IMG/VR virus record: IMGVR_UViG_3300037714_000266 | Span: 14,176 to 78,175 of that record | Source of the DNA: a virus | Lineage: Duplodnaviria; Caudoviricetes | Strand: one strand, 5' to 3' | Length of the DNA: 64,000 nt | Part shown: piece by piece, positions 52,420 to 62,138 of the stretch | Numbering within the stretch: position 1 is the stretch's first letter | Layout of the letters: each line of letters opens with the position of its first letter | Notes under the pieces: model-generated | Database searches by the model: none | Told to the model about the DNA's origin: nothing | Seen by the model: only the letters and a program-made list of their open reading frames with translations | Position numbers and translations under genes: made by a program

Positions 52420-53019
52420 CTAGTAGTCCGGCAGGAGCATCATACCCCGCCCGATCAGATCTCCCAAGGTACTGAACTGGCCCTCGCCCACTTCGTGAGG
52501 AGAAGGCAGTGTTGAAATGCGATCCATGAAGACCCGTAGACTCATCGTCTGTTCGACCATCTCGGTGGCGATGATGCTGTAGAGACTCGGCCACTTCTCG
52601 ACCACGTTGAGCAGATAGACCGCTTGGTCGAGGTAGCGCCGACCGATGGTCGACCGCTGGGTCTCGTTTAGGCGCATTGAGCGCCCGAATGCCGCCGTCG
52701 GAGTCATCTCTTTGAGGTCGATGCCCTCCTGTGCCGCTCGCTCGGCGTAGGCGGGCCCATAGGCCGGTGTTCCAACCGTACGAACCCACATGCGCCAGTT
52801 ATCCTCGCTCATGGCTTCATGGCCCACCACAAGGACAGGAAGGATGCCGTGTGCTTCGCGACCCGGGTAGCTACCGTGGCGCAGCTTCACGAGACGAACC
52901 AGAAGTCCGCCGTCTTCCATCGGCTCCGTCGCAGCAGAAATGGCCTTCCCCATGCCTAGATGGGTAATCGCGATGGCCTCTTCAATCTGGTCAGCGATGG
53001 ACATGATTTTTTCTACCAC
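52420..53019 (-). CDS. Hypothetical protein
   Basis: 199-aa ORF in the tail operon. Confidence 0.6.
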   Translation of the reverse strand: MVEKIMSIADQIEEAIAITHLGMGKAISAATEPMEDGGLLVRLVKLRHGSYPGREAHGILPVLVVGHEAMSEDNWRMWVRTVGTPAYGPAYAERAAQEGIDLKEMTPTAAFGRSMRLNETQRSTIGRRYLDQAVYLLNVVEKWPSLYSIIATEMVEQTMSLRVFMDRISTLPSPHEVGEGQFSTLGDLIGRGMMLLPDY

Positions 53020-53040
53020 ACAGCCAATAGCCGGTCATCT

Positions 53041-53691
53041 TCAGGGCACTTCTTCTGTTGTATCAACAGCCGCATCATCGTCAAATCCAGCAATCGTCTG
53101 AAGAAGCGCTGGTCGATTGAATGCGGTCACATGAAGCACCTCATCCGCGTCGAGGTGTGCGACCTCGGTTCCGTCGGCTGCGAAGTGCCACGGACCAGGA
53201 TCACTGTTCGTGACCGTTGTGGGCAAACGCATCCCAGAGTCACGAGGGAAGATACGCACTGGGCCGTTGATTGCGATCGATCCGCCCAACCCATCAGCCA
53301 CGAAACCTGTCACATGCCAGTCGCACCAGTGACGCATGGCAGCTCGCGCCGTCACATTCCCCGCCACAGCGGCTTGCCACACGACTTTCCCAGGCTCGCA
53401 ATAGTCGTTGCCTGCCGCGCCCGCGAGGAGGTCGAGTAACTCGCGACCTTCGGGTTCGCGCTGAACGACGATCCAAAAGCCTTTGGAGGTATCCTGTTGG
53501 ACGGTGTTCATCCGCAGCACGTGGAAGACGCCACCCTCGGGACGCCGGCACTCGACCCATCCCGCATCGACGTTGTGAGACTCCCACCCCACGGGCAACG
53601 ACGGGTGACCGGAGGCAACGACTTCGCCGTTCACCTCGTAGTCTGCGCTCGTTTCCCTGACGAGTAGATATGCGCTTCGAACGATACTCAC
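53041..53691 (-). CDS. Hypothetical (putative virion) protein
   Basis: 216 aa, GTGA-coupled to the upstream gene. Confidence 0.6.
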   Translation of the reverse strand: MSIVRSAYLLVRETSADYEVNGEVVASGHPSLPVGWESHNVDAGWVECRRPEGGVFHVLRMNTVQQDTSKGFWIVVQREPEGRELLDLLAGAAGNDYCEPGKVVWQAAVAGNVTARAAMRHWCDWHVTGFVADGLGGSIAINGPVRIFPRDSGMRLPTTVTNSDPGPWHFAADGTEVAHLDADEVLHVTAFNRPALLQTIAGFDDDAAVDTTEEVP

Positions 53692-54863
53692 AGCGGGTAT
53701 GGCTCCGTGATGAGACCAAAGAAGGGTTGCGTGAGCGCAGCGATATTACCCACCTGCATGGTTGTATTGCCTGCCCAATCGCCGGCTGCGGTGATGTCTG
53801 TCACGCCGTCGCCAGTCGTGAACCCTGAGAGCGTCATTTCGGCTGCGCTGAAATCGACGGTGATCGTCAAATCCTGTCCCGCCGACCACGTCAGTCCAGA
53901 GGCACCGACGTTGCCTAAGGCACCTCCAAGCTGCACAACCGCGGTGGCCGTAAACCTCAGAAAGTGCAGGTTTTGCAAAGACAAAAAGCGCTGCGCGACG
54001 GCGTGTAAAGTATGCTCTGCGCTAGAGAATGAGGGCCGAATGTGGATGATGAAGCCCTCAGTCAGAATCGGGTTGCCCGTGACATCGACTTCGAGGTCAT
54101 CATCGGATCGCGTTCCATTCGCGCCTGCTGTTTCAATGTGAGACGAAGCAAACGCACCCAACTCGTACTGCGCGCCCCAAAATGAACCGAATCGCGCAGT
54201 GGCGGCCGTGTTCGTCGCCCTAAGATCCGTTGTGTTTGCACCAGTGACGGTGTTCACAGCGAGACGCTGCCGAAACCAGTCATCGCTGATTGGATAGGCG
54301 ATTCGCGACTGGGTGCCAGCCTTGTTGCGGCCTCGAAGCTCTGGCGGAGCAGTCCAGTCTCCAGATACACGGCGACCCCACTGCGAAACAGTGGTCCACA
54401 CACTGTCGGCCGGCTGATCAGGGGGCTCGTAGACAATACGAGAGGCGCCATCCGCGATGAACTCTACTTGATCGGCAGCACTCGCGTCCCCGGCGGGCGA
54501 CGTGAACTGGTCGGCCGTGACGATTGAGTTTGGTGTGGACCAAGCGGCCCCAGAACAAGCACTCGATAGCCGACAGAAGTTGGTGCGCGCTCCTTCAATG
54601 ACGAACGCGCGCCGTCCATTGATGTTCTCGGGCTGTCGGAGTTGATTGATCGCGTAGCGTGTGAGGATCGTCCCGTTCCACCACGTCGCCACTGAGGCAC
54701 GAGAAAAGGTGCCCGTAGCGAAGTTGATGAGCGAGGAAATACCGCCCTGCCCTACGCCATCAACGTAGACACGTCCTCCACCACGGACGCCGTCTACGTA
54801 GACCCGCCCGAAGCGCTGTCCTAGGTTTTGCAGGACGCCGTCTACGTAGACTGGCGGCGCCAT
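53688..54863 (-). CDS. Putative virion protein with lectin-like beta-sandwich domains
   Basis: Three N-terminal VYVDG repeats; FSRASVAT...IEGARTN...WGAQYELG.FASS.I.T motif of phage fibre/head proteins. Confidence 0.65.
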   Translation of the reverse strand: MAPPVYVDGVLQNLGQRFGRVYVDGVRGGGRVYVDGVGQGGISSLINFATGTFSRASVATWWNGTILTRYAINQLRQPENINGRRAFVIEGARTNFCRLSSACSGAAWSTPNSIVTADQFTSPAGDASAADQVEFIADGASRIVYEPPDQPADSVWTTVSQWGRRVSGDWTAPPELRGRNKAGTQSRIAYPISDDWFRQRLAVNTVTGANTTDLRATNTAATARFGSFWGAQYELGAFASSHIETAGANGTRSDDDLEVDVTGNPILTEGFIIHIRPSFSSAEHTLHAVAQRFLSLQNLHFLRFTATAVVQLGGALGNVGASGLTWSAGQDLTITVDFSAAEMTLSGFTTGDGVTDITAAGDWAGNTTMQVGNIAALTQPFFGLITEPYPL

Positions 54864-55268
54864 TTACGCTGGCCTTGACACCGCCGGGCGAACGGTCACG
54901 CGCGCAACCATGGCCCCGGTGGCCCCGGTAGTGACGATTCGAATGAACTCGTCAGGAGCCAACCTGAAGAGATCGGTGATGAGCACCGTCCCGCCGGCTG
55001 TGGCTGAGTAGATCAGCACTTCGTCTCCGGCGCCGTTCACGATCGCAATATCGACCGTGGCTGCGTTGCCGAAGTCGCCTGCAATGCGCTGCACCTCGCT
55101 CAGCCAATGAGAACTCAGAAGCGAATCGAACCGTCCGCCGACGGTGTCGGTTGAGTAAACGCGAACACCGGTATCGGGATCGTCTACTGCAACAGTGGTT
55201 GGCGCAGCGCCATCGAACTGATTCGATGCGGTGATCCGCTGCTCGACAGTGATGGGCAGTGACGCCAT
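54864..55268 (-). CDS. Small virion protein
   Basis: 134 aa, beta-rich, downstream of sheath. Confidence 0.6.
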   Translation of the reverse strand: MASLPITVEQRITASNQFDGAAPTTVAVDDPDTGVRVYSTDTVGGRFDSLLSSHWLSEVQRIAGDFGNAATVDIAIVNGAGDEVLIYSATAGGTVLITDLFRLAPDEFIRIVTTGATGAMVARVTVRPAVSRPA

Positions 55269-55282
55269 GGGCGACTCCTAGA

Positions 55283-55705
55283 TCAGGCTGCGACGATCGC
55301 CAGATCCTCGACCCGGCGCCACTCGCCGTCCGAGTATTGGACCATGGTGCCGGTCCCTACTCCGCCGCCCTCGGCGCCGGCTCGACCATCGGTAGCGAAT
55401 GCGATACGGCCGTCCACCCCCGTCAAGGCGGCCAACTCGGCAACCGTGTACCGCGGCAGAATGCCCAGGTTCAAGGCTCCAGTGGTTGGAACGGCGACGT
55501 CGGTCGCGTCCTCTACGACATCGACCGAGACGGTCCCGGCGACGACGAGTTCCTTGAGTCTGACGTTTCCGTCGAGATCGGCGATGGTCACGTCTGGCCA
55601 GGTCCCCACGTCGTTGCCGTCGGGGTCTCCGGTTGCAGCCAGGTCCATATTCGGTCCCGGAACGAAGACCCGCTCCGAGCTGAGGTTGGTGATCGTGGCG
55701 TCCAT
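55283..55705 (-). CDS. Small virion protein
   Basis: 140 aa; GGAGG RBS. Confidence 0.6.
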   Translation of the reverse strand: MDATITNLSSERVFVPGPNMDLAATGDPDGNDVGTWPDVTIADLDGNVRLKELVVAGTVSVDVVEDATDVAVPTTGALNLGILPRYTVAELAALTGVDGRIAFATDGRAGAEGGGVGTGTMVQYSDGEWRRVEDLAIVAA

Positions 55706-55770
55706 TGTTCTCTCTCTACCTCCCGACAGGATTACTGCCGTCTCACACGATGATCAACTTTTGGGTCGAC

Positions 55771-58323
55771 TCAGGTCTCGGCGAACTTCTGCTGTACGCG
55801 GAACACGACGAACTCGCCTGGGGTGTTGGCCGCGACGAAGATGTCGCAGATGACCTCTCCGGCTTGTTCGACGTTGGATGGGTTGTTGGTCTCGTCGCAG
55901 ATGACCTTAAACGCCTGGTCCGGCGTGCTGCCAGCGAAAAGACCCTGCTGGAAAAGTCCGAGCAAGAAGGTCTCGACCGAGAGTTGAATCCGGGCACGGA
56001 GCGCAGCGCCCACGTTCTCGAAGACGAATCCGTGAGTGGAGTTGAAGATGCTGCTCTTCAGGAAGTTGAAAAGCCGTCTGACGTGAACGAATCGGAAATC
56101 CCCTGGCGGATTCTCCAACGTCCGTGCTCCCCAGACCGCGCGTCCGGTCTGTGGGGTGTCGACGAGCGCGTTGACCTGCGCCTGGAAGAAGGAGTCGATC
56201 TCGGCGAATTCCAGATTCCGCTCTAGGCCGACCGTGAAGTTGAGGCGCCCATCGACGGTACCCGCCGGGGCCTTGCCGACGCTCTTCGTGGTATCGGTCC
56301 TGGCGTAGACCCCAGCGATGTGGCCGATTGGCGGGATGTTGAGACCGCGATCGGTGACCGGGTCCGTGATGCGGATGTAGGGGTAGTACAGAGCCGCGTA
56401 GGAGCTGCTGATCCCCAGGGAGTTCCGACGGTAGTCCCGAGCGCCCTGCGGCGTCAGACCCGGTCCGGTGGCCAGGATGACGAACCACTTGCCGTTCGTC
56501 TCGGCCTCGGCAACCTGCTCGACCGCCATGGTGACGTCACCGGCTGCATCGGGGATACCTAGGTTGATCAGTTCGTTAGTCGTCAGCAGGGCGTACATGC
56601 CCTCGCGTGCCGTCTTGAGAGTGGGGTTGGTCAACTCGTTGCGAGTGATGCCCGCCACACCGTCGCTGCCGCCCGTCAGAGCATCGGTGGTCGATCCGTC
56701 TTGGACCGGCTCCGTGTAGTAGGCCATGTTGATGACCGATCCGGCGACATTGCCGGTTGGTGCCGCCAGGTGACTCGTCTCGGCCGCGCTTGGCGCCTGG
56801 CCGGCAGGGACTCGGAACGCGAAGGCCCCTGTCGTGTAGTTGATGACGTTGTACCCGGCCGGAGCGACCGGATCGACGTCGCCGATGAGATTGCCGACGC
56901 CGTCATCGGTGATGGTCCGCGTCTCACCGGTCGAGTCGACGTAGGTGATGATCACAGAGGCCGACTGAATGGGAGTGTCGGCGATCGCGTCCGATCGGAA
57001 GGCAACCGGAATGGTTGCCGTGCCGGCAGTGCCGTCGGTCGACCCGAAGTCGAGTTGAATACCGTCTCCGCCGCCGAGAACGAAACCACGGAGCACACCA
57101 TTGAGTTGTGCCGGGGCGACGTCTTCGTTTGACGGCTCGACGAGACGAAGCAGATCTGACCCTTGATCCGCGTCGTTGATGGCCGTCGCGAAGTAGTCCG
57201 AGCTGCTCGGATCTGTTGCGATGAGTTCGGCGATCGACTCTTCGTTAACGCCGTCGAGGTTGATCAAGACGTCGTAACGCGAGTACGAAGCCGTCGCACG
57301 ATCGAAGTAGTTTGGATTGCCGCGGACCTGGATCGTCAGATCGTTGCCCCAGACACCAGCCGAGATGGGATCGATGTCCCATACGCGCTGAGTGTAGGAT
57401 GCCGAGATTGCGAGCCCGAGAGACGGCGCATCTGCGCCCGCATCGATCGTGAACTCGATCTCACCAGTGTCGTAATCGATCGTTCCCGGTGTCGAGAGGA
57501 TCGGACCGATGCCGACAGGGATGCCGCCGAGTCCGTCGTCGACAAGAGTGATGACGATGTCAGCCGGCGTGTAGTCGGCGGTGATGTCTGTTGCAGTGTC
57601 TGGCTCATTGCCAGTTTCGGCCGACAAGGTGACGAGTCCAGTCTCGTAGTCGACATATCCACGGAGGCTGTTGCCTGCATCGTAGAGTCGTCCCTGGCCG
57701 ATGTCGCTGGGTCCCGGTGCGTTGGCACTGTCGTCGTACGAAACAGTCGCCGGTCCGGTGATGGTTGTGTCGATGTTGACCGACCCGGGAACGATCAACG
57801 CATTGGCGGCGACCTGAATGTAGAACGAGAAGTCCAGCACCGCGTCATCGGGCGCTGAACTTGGCGTCACGACCTGCGCAGCCACAGGGGTGCCGTCGTT
57901 GTACCAGGAGAGCGACATGGATCCTGGCTCCACCGGCACGTGAGCCAGCGTGAGAGGACCAGAGCCGCCGGCCGTGTAGTCCTTCTCGGCGCCGTCGCTG
58001 AGAATGAGTTCCTCGGCGACGTAGTCACTCGTGATGAACCCGTCGGCCGCGACCGCATCTGCGGCCACGACGCGGACCACATACGCCAAGCGCCCACCAT
58101 TCGCGAAGAACGCGAAGAGGTGAGTGGGCATCTGCGAGTCCTCGGTGAACCCACCGAACTGTCGTTCGAACGATTCGTACCCGGTGACGAGGACAGCCTC
58201 GTTTGTGGGGCCCTTGATCGTGAACCCGACGGTTCCGTAATTGCTCGTACTGACGCCCTGAATGGGAGCCAGTCCACGCGCTCGCTCTTGGACGTATACG
58301 CCTGGATGAAGCCGTTCGACCAT
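55771..58323 (-). CDS. Tail sheath protein
   Basis: HPGVYV.E...VGFT.KGP...FFANGG..AYVVRV; YAALYYPY...PP.GH.AG.YARTD..K.VGKAPAG; WGARTL...FVHVRRL; PGEFVVFR. Confidence 0.97.
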   Translation of the reverse strand: MVERLHPGVYVQERARGLAPIQGVSTSNYGTVGFTIKGPTNEAVLVTGYESFERQFGGFTEDSQMPTHLFAFFANGGRLAYVVRVVAADAVAADGFITSDYVAEELILSDGAEKDYTAGGSGPLTLAHVPVEPGSMSLSWYNDGTPVAAQVVTPSSAPDDAVLDFSFYIQVAANALIVPGSVNIDTTITGPATVSYDDSANAPGPSDIGQGRLYDAGNSLRGYVDYETGLVTLSAETGNEPDTATDITADYTPADIVITLVDDGLGGIPVGIGPILSTPGTIDYDTGEIEFTIDAGADAPSLGLAISASYTQRVWDIDPISAGVWGNDLTIQVRGNPNYFDRATASYSRYDVLINLDGVNEESIAELIATDPSSSDYFATAINDADQGSDLLRLVEPSNEDVAPAQLNGVLRGFVLGGGDGIQLDFGSTDGTAGTATIPVAFRSDAIADTPIQSASVIITYVDSTGETRTITDDGVGNLIGDVDPVAPAGYNVINYTTGAFAFRVPAGQAPSAAETSHLAAPTGNVAGSVINMAYYTEPVQDGSTTDALTGGSDGVAGITRNELTNPTLKTAREGMYALLTTNELINLGIPDAAGDVTMAVEQVAEAETNGKWFVILATGPGLTPQGARDYRRNSLGISSSYAALYYPYIRITDPVTDRGLNIPPIGHIAGVYARTDTTKSVGKAPAGTVDGRLNFTVGLERNLEFAEIDSFFQAQVNALVDTPQTGRAVWGARTLENPPGDFRFVHVRRLFNFLKSSIFNSTHGFVFENVGAALRARIQLSVETFLLGLFQQGLFAGSTPDQAFKVICDETNNPSNVEQAGEVICDIFVAANTPGEFVVFRVQQKFAET

Positions 58324-58373
58324 GCCTACCTCCGCCCCCGCGAAGGGTGCGTGTCATCATCACGAGTTGGGGT

Positions 58374-58835
58374 TCAGGTGTCTGAATCTGAGCCGCTGCT
58401 CAAACCCCTACGCCTCTTCCGGCGTCCTCCCTGTGAGGACAAACCAGACTCCTTCTCCTTCGACGACTCTTCAGCTCCGGCTTCTTCTTCTACTACTACC
58501 GCGGACGACTCTACCACAGCCGTCTCCCAAGACGCAGAACTTGGATCCTCGGAAACTTCCTTTGGATCTGGCTCTGGTTCGCTTTTCGAGACCATCGACT
58601 TGGCCACGTCCTGTGGTGCAGACGTCTGCACAGGCGCCGACTCTGAAGCCACTGGCAAAGCCGGTACTGGCTTCTTTTTCAGGTCCGGAAGACGCTTGAT
58701 CAATCCGGCTTGAATGAGGTGCTGCACTGCGGCAACCGGCGCTTCGAACTTGGTTCGTGGAGTGAGAATACGCGGGCCGCGTTCGGGATCGTTGTAGTTC
58801 GCGGTCGAGGTGCCCTTGTAATACCAACGTGCCAT
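58374..58835 (-). CDS. Hypothetical protein with disordered C-terminus
   Basis: 153 aa, E/S/P-rich tail. Confidence 0.6.
   Translation of the reverse strand: MARWYYKGTSTANYNDPERGPRILTPRTKFEAPVAAVQHLIQAGLIKRLPDLKKKPVPALPVASESAPVQTSAPQDVAKSMVSKSEPEPDPKEVSEDPSSASWETAVVESSAVVVEEEAGAEESSKEKESGLSSQGGRRKRRRGLSSGSDSDT
58616..58631. repeat. 16-bp palindrome GTGCAGACGTCTGCAC, copy 5 of 5
   Basis: Exact; read as VQTSA in a disordered linker. Confidence 0.95.
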
Positions 58836-58837
58836 TT

Positions 58838-59605
58838 TCAGCAGTCCTCTTTGTTCCTCAGTGCGGCTGGCCCGCCCTGATACGGCGCTCCTGCACCAGC
58901 CGTCGTACGAAGGCCCAGGTTGGTGGTGAACGTGTGGATGGTCTTCTGCACGTATGGATCTCGGAAGTCGAGTTCTGCCTCTACCCTCATCGAAATCGTG
59001 TGTCCTTGCAACCTATCGGTCACATCGATGATCTCGTTGAGAGCTTGAATGCCTTCGACGAACGCGTAGTAACCCCGCTCGCAACCAGTGGAGTCCTTGA
59101 ACCTGACTTGTCCATAGGACCAAAAAACCTTCCCAACCTTCAGCAAAAGCTTGTCGGCAATGCGTCTATGCCGAGCCCGAATGTGAAGGTCATAGGCGAT
59201 GTTAAATGGGAACGCATACGCCTTTGACTCGATCTTGCTTGGGATGTGCCGAACCGGATTGGTGCCAGGTACCGGAATCATCACTGCACCAACCGCTGCC
59301 ACTCGATACTCGAAACCCTGGTTGTGCCACCTGGCCATGTCCGGATCGATCGATCCGCGTGAAATGATGATCTGCGGAATGAGTTGCTCGGTGTAGGCCG
59401 GTTCAGACTCTCCCATGAGAATCGGGACCAACCCCTGGTACTCAGGCGGTCCCGTCACTCCATCGCAGCGAAGCGCGTACTCCTGGATGGCCTCACCATC
59501 GATCGCAGTGTTGACCAGTTCGCCGCCAAGGGTCTCGGCCATGCCGACATCGTAGTCCTCTAAGAAGACCGCTGCGGTCCGGACTCCGATGTCGCCTTCG
59601 GCCAC
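58838..59605 (-). CDS. Tail terminator / sheath stabiliser (gp15-like)
   Basis: Position upstream of sheath; P.I.ISR....D..RW...P.NI.YDL.I.A. Confidence 0.65.
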   Translation of the reverse strand: MAEGDIGVRTAAVFLEDYDVGMAETLGGELVNTAIDGEAIQEYALRCDGVTGPPEYQGLVPILMGESEPAYTEQLIPQIIISRGSIDPDMARWHNQGFEYRVAAVGAVMIPVPGTNPVRHIPSKIESKAYAFPFNIAYDLHIRARHRRIADKLLLKVGKVFWSYGQVRFKDSTGCERGYYAFVEGIQALNEIIDVTDRLQGHTISMRVEAELDFRDPYVQKTIHTFTTNLGLRTTAGAGAPYQGGPAALRNKEDC

Positions 59606-59613
59606 CTACCCTC

Positions 59614-59748
59614 TCAGTCCTCGTCGACTTCGCTGAGGTCGTCGTCGTTGTCGTCGTCGTCGACGGCTTCGGCAAACGTCTCGATCTCTTCGTCCTGGAG
59701 TTGCTGAAGCACTCCGCCGAGAGCAGCGTTGATCTTGTAGATATTCAT
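59614..59748 (-). CDS. 44-aa acidic protein (not in ORF track)
   Basis: AGGAG RBS; MNIYKINAALGGVLQQLQDEEIETFAEAVDDDDNDDDLSEVDED. Confidence 0.7.
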   Translation of the reverse strand: MNIYKINAALGGVLQQLQDEEIETFAEAVDDDDNDDDLSEVDED

Positions 59749-59758
59749 CGTTTGGCTC

Positions 59759-60574
59759 CTATTCGAGGCTGTTGCTGTTTCCGTCACCCAAGATGAAGTC
59801 CTGAAGTCCTATCGACCGTCTGGTGATCGAATTCTTTCCAACATTCACCCGAAGCGGCTTCTTCCAACGCCTTTCCTGTGGCTTTGATAGATACAGCACC
59901 GCGAGCTTTCCGAAAAGTCTTCGGGGCTCTATCTCGCGTTGAATCTTCGACAACGCTACTCTGAGGTGAGGTTGGTGGGGTTCGCCGCCTACCCCGTATT
60001 CCCTTCGAAGAGCCTCAAACACGATATCCCTACTGACCTTCCTGGAAAGTAGCGTTGGATGTGACCTGTTTGGCTGGATCCCCAAAGCACGCAATTCAGC
60101 GTCTACATGCTCACGGTCGTTGAGGCGACGTTCTCGAATAATATTCGTCTCCCGTTCGGAGACCCGTCGGCTCATTGTCGTGGCCAATTCGGCCTCGTAA
60201 GGCAACGTATCCATCGTCCATGGGTTGTATCGTTCGAGCGCCGCTACGCCAGGATCCGGCTGTGTGCGGCGCTTCTGGCCGATATAGAGCACCGTGCGCT
60301 TCGCATCGTCTGTCTTGAGTTTGGACGAGTGCTCATACCCTGGAAGGACGACGCCGAAGACGTGATCGGCCTTCGAATGCCGAAACCGCATCAGCTTGAG
60401 CTTGTTGATGTAATTCGGGATGTCGTCAGGGCCACGAGTGAGCAACTGCTTGTGAAACTCCTCGGCGATCCAGAACGGGTAATGCTCGATGAAAGACTTT
60501 GCGCGACCCGGCAAATCGTCGATGAGACGGTAGTTGCTCTTGTCCGAGTCCTTGATCTTGAGCGTGAATCTCAT
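59759..60574 (-). CDS. Hypothetical basic protein (neck/tail completion region)
   Basis: 271 aa, coupled to the upstream gene. Confidence 0.6.
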   Translation of the reverse strand: MRFTLKIKDSDKSNYRLIDDLPGRAKSFIEHYPFWIAEEFHKQLLTRGPDDIPNYINKLKLMRFRHSKADHVFGVVLPGYEHSSKLKTDDAKRTVLYIGQKRRTQPDPGVAALERYNPWTMDTLPYEAELATTMSRRVSERETNIIRERRLNDREHVDAELRALGIQPNRSHPTLLSRKVSRDIVFEALRREYGVGGEPHQPHLRVALSKIQREIEPRRLFGKLAVLYLSKPQERRWKKPLRVNVGKNSITRRSIGLQDFILGDGNSNSLE

Positions 60575-61119
60575 TCGGCCAACACGATTAGACGACCGTG
60601 ACCGCCCATTGGGTCGTCAACGACCGCCTTGTGATAGGAGCACAAACCCACAACGCCACCGTCGGCAGACCGGTGTCGCAAAAAAACCCCGTCACGGTCG
60701 TAGTCTTTTCGGTCGGCTGACTCGGGCATACCGCATCTGAAACAATGACTCGCGATGGACTCGCTATCGAGCGGCCCCTCGTAGAGTGGAAAGCTTTGGC
60801 CGTCGAGTGGACCCGAACACAACCCCTGTTGCTTCTCTTCGCAGACCGCGTACCCACGGTCTATGTTCCGATGCAGCTTGTGACACATTGCGCACGGGAA
60901 CGCGAAGTTGGACTTCATCGCCAGTTGCGCCTTCTGAATGACCTCCAACCTCAGTCCCATCGTAGGCAGATGCACCTGACGTCTTTTTTTGGGACGTCCA
61001 AACTCTTTGGAGCCTTCCTTACGCGCCCGGGTCTTCATTGACTCCGCGATACGCTTGGCCTCGTGCGATCTCGCTTCACGGGCTTTGCGAGCTAACTCCC
61101 GTTGCCTGGATGTTGTCAC
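60571..61119 (-). CDS. Zinc-binding hypothetical protein
   Basis: CAMC, CxxxxxxxC, CFRC, CSYH; basic N-terminus. Confidence 0.6.
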   Translation of the reverse strand: MTTSRQRELARKAREARSHEAKRIAESMKTRARKEGSKEFGRPKKRRQVHLPTMGLRLEVIQKAQLAMKSNFAFPCAMCHKLHRNIDRGYAVCEEKQQGLCSGPLDGQSFPLYEGPLDSESIASHCFRCGMPESADRKDYDRDGVFLRHRSADGGVVGLCSYHKAVVDDPMGGHGRLIVLAE

Positions 61120-61550
61120 GGGGTGCTCTTGAACTTGTGGGGTCCTGGTCGACTCGGCCGCATGTAGAGCGTTTCCTGACCTGGTGTCGGACCGATCCCC
61201 AACACATCGGTAGTCAACACTTCGATGGTGTATCGATCTGGATCGACGTCGATCTGTACATCGCCACCCGAACCCTGATCTCGCACGCGCACCACGCGCG
61301 TCTCGAACATGACGTCCTCGATGAATCCCTCAGCGACCTTCTGTCCGTCCTTGGTTCTGATGATGACATTGGCTCCTAGTTGGAGCGGAACAGGCTCGAC
61401 ATCGCCAATGCCATTGTAGTCGCGATGTTCGTCAGGTTTCTTTCCGTAGGTGTACACGTGAGGTTGAACGTGCCTCTCGTCTCCGGGTTCCACGCCAGCC
61501 ATAGGAACTTCTTCGGTGAGCGCTTCTTCGATCGATATTGCGTAGCTCAC
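61116..61550 (-). CDS. Hypothetical protein (putative virion)
   Basis: GTG 61550 overlaps upstream stop; leader ending LTE-E. Confidence 0.6.
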   Translation of the reverse strand: MSYAISIEEALTEEVPMAGVEPGDERHVQPHVYTYGKKPDEHRDYNGIGDVEPVPLQLGANVIIRTKDGQKVAEGFIEDVMFETRVVRVRDQGSGGDVQIDVDPDRYTIEVLTTDVLGIGPTPGQETLYMRPSRPGPHKFKSTP

Positions 61551-62137
61551 GGAGTGACCTCGTGGATCTTCCTGGCTGCATCGAACCTGGTCTTGTGCTT
61601 GAGCGCCAGTTTCCACACAACGAACACCTCCGTCGACCAGACGTTCTCGCCGGGAACAGCCTGCTGAACATCCCAATACTTGAACTTGGGGATCCTGAAC
61701 GGCGTTGCTTCGAACGACGGGTTATTCCAGAACTCGATGACATCGCCTTGTTTCGGTTCCGGTGCACCGACGTCTTCAAACTCCTTGCGCGCGATCTGAA
61801 GCCGCGCCTCACTCTGGATCTGAGTGCCCTCAGTGGACGCGTCAGGAGGCTCAACCTCATTCATCTGGTCGTAGTCGAGTACGCCGTGCATTTCCCACGG
61901 ACCCCCGTACTCAAAGTCACCACCCTTGGTCGGCTCGCGGTAGAGCGGATGCAGGTTCTTGGCGCGTCGAAGGGTGTAGAGAAGGACACGCACCCCACCC
62001 AGTCGGGCCGGCTCTTGAGCGATCGAATCAAAGAGAGGCAACTCGACTGTTGAGTGGTCGTCGTCAGGGAAGATACGCCGGAGCCGATTGACACCTCCGC
62101 CCTTGTAGAGAGTGTTGTTGTCGTCTGACTTCGCCAC
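61547..62137 (-). CDS. Neck / head-closure protein (gp14-like)
   Basis: HPLYREP....Y.GP....G...P.QGDVIEF....WDVQ; adjacent to the gp13-like gene; GTG start 62137. Confidence 0.65.
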   Translation of the reverse strand: MAKSDDNNTLYKGGGVNRLRRIFPDDDHSTVELPLFDSIAQEPARLGGVRVLLYTLRRAKNLHPLYREPTKGGDFEYGGPWEMHGVLDYDQMNEVEPPDASTEGTQIQSEARLQIARKEFEDVGAPEPKQGDVIEFWNNPSFEATPFRIPKFKYWDVQQAVPGENVWSTEVFVVWKLALKHKTRFDAARKIHEVTP

Positions 62138-62138
62138 G

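Noticed and set aside
54786-54851. Direct repeat GGACGCCGTCTACGTAGAC containing a 12-bp palindrome
   Set aside because: Explained by the VYVDGV peptide repeats; not a CRISPR or operator array.
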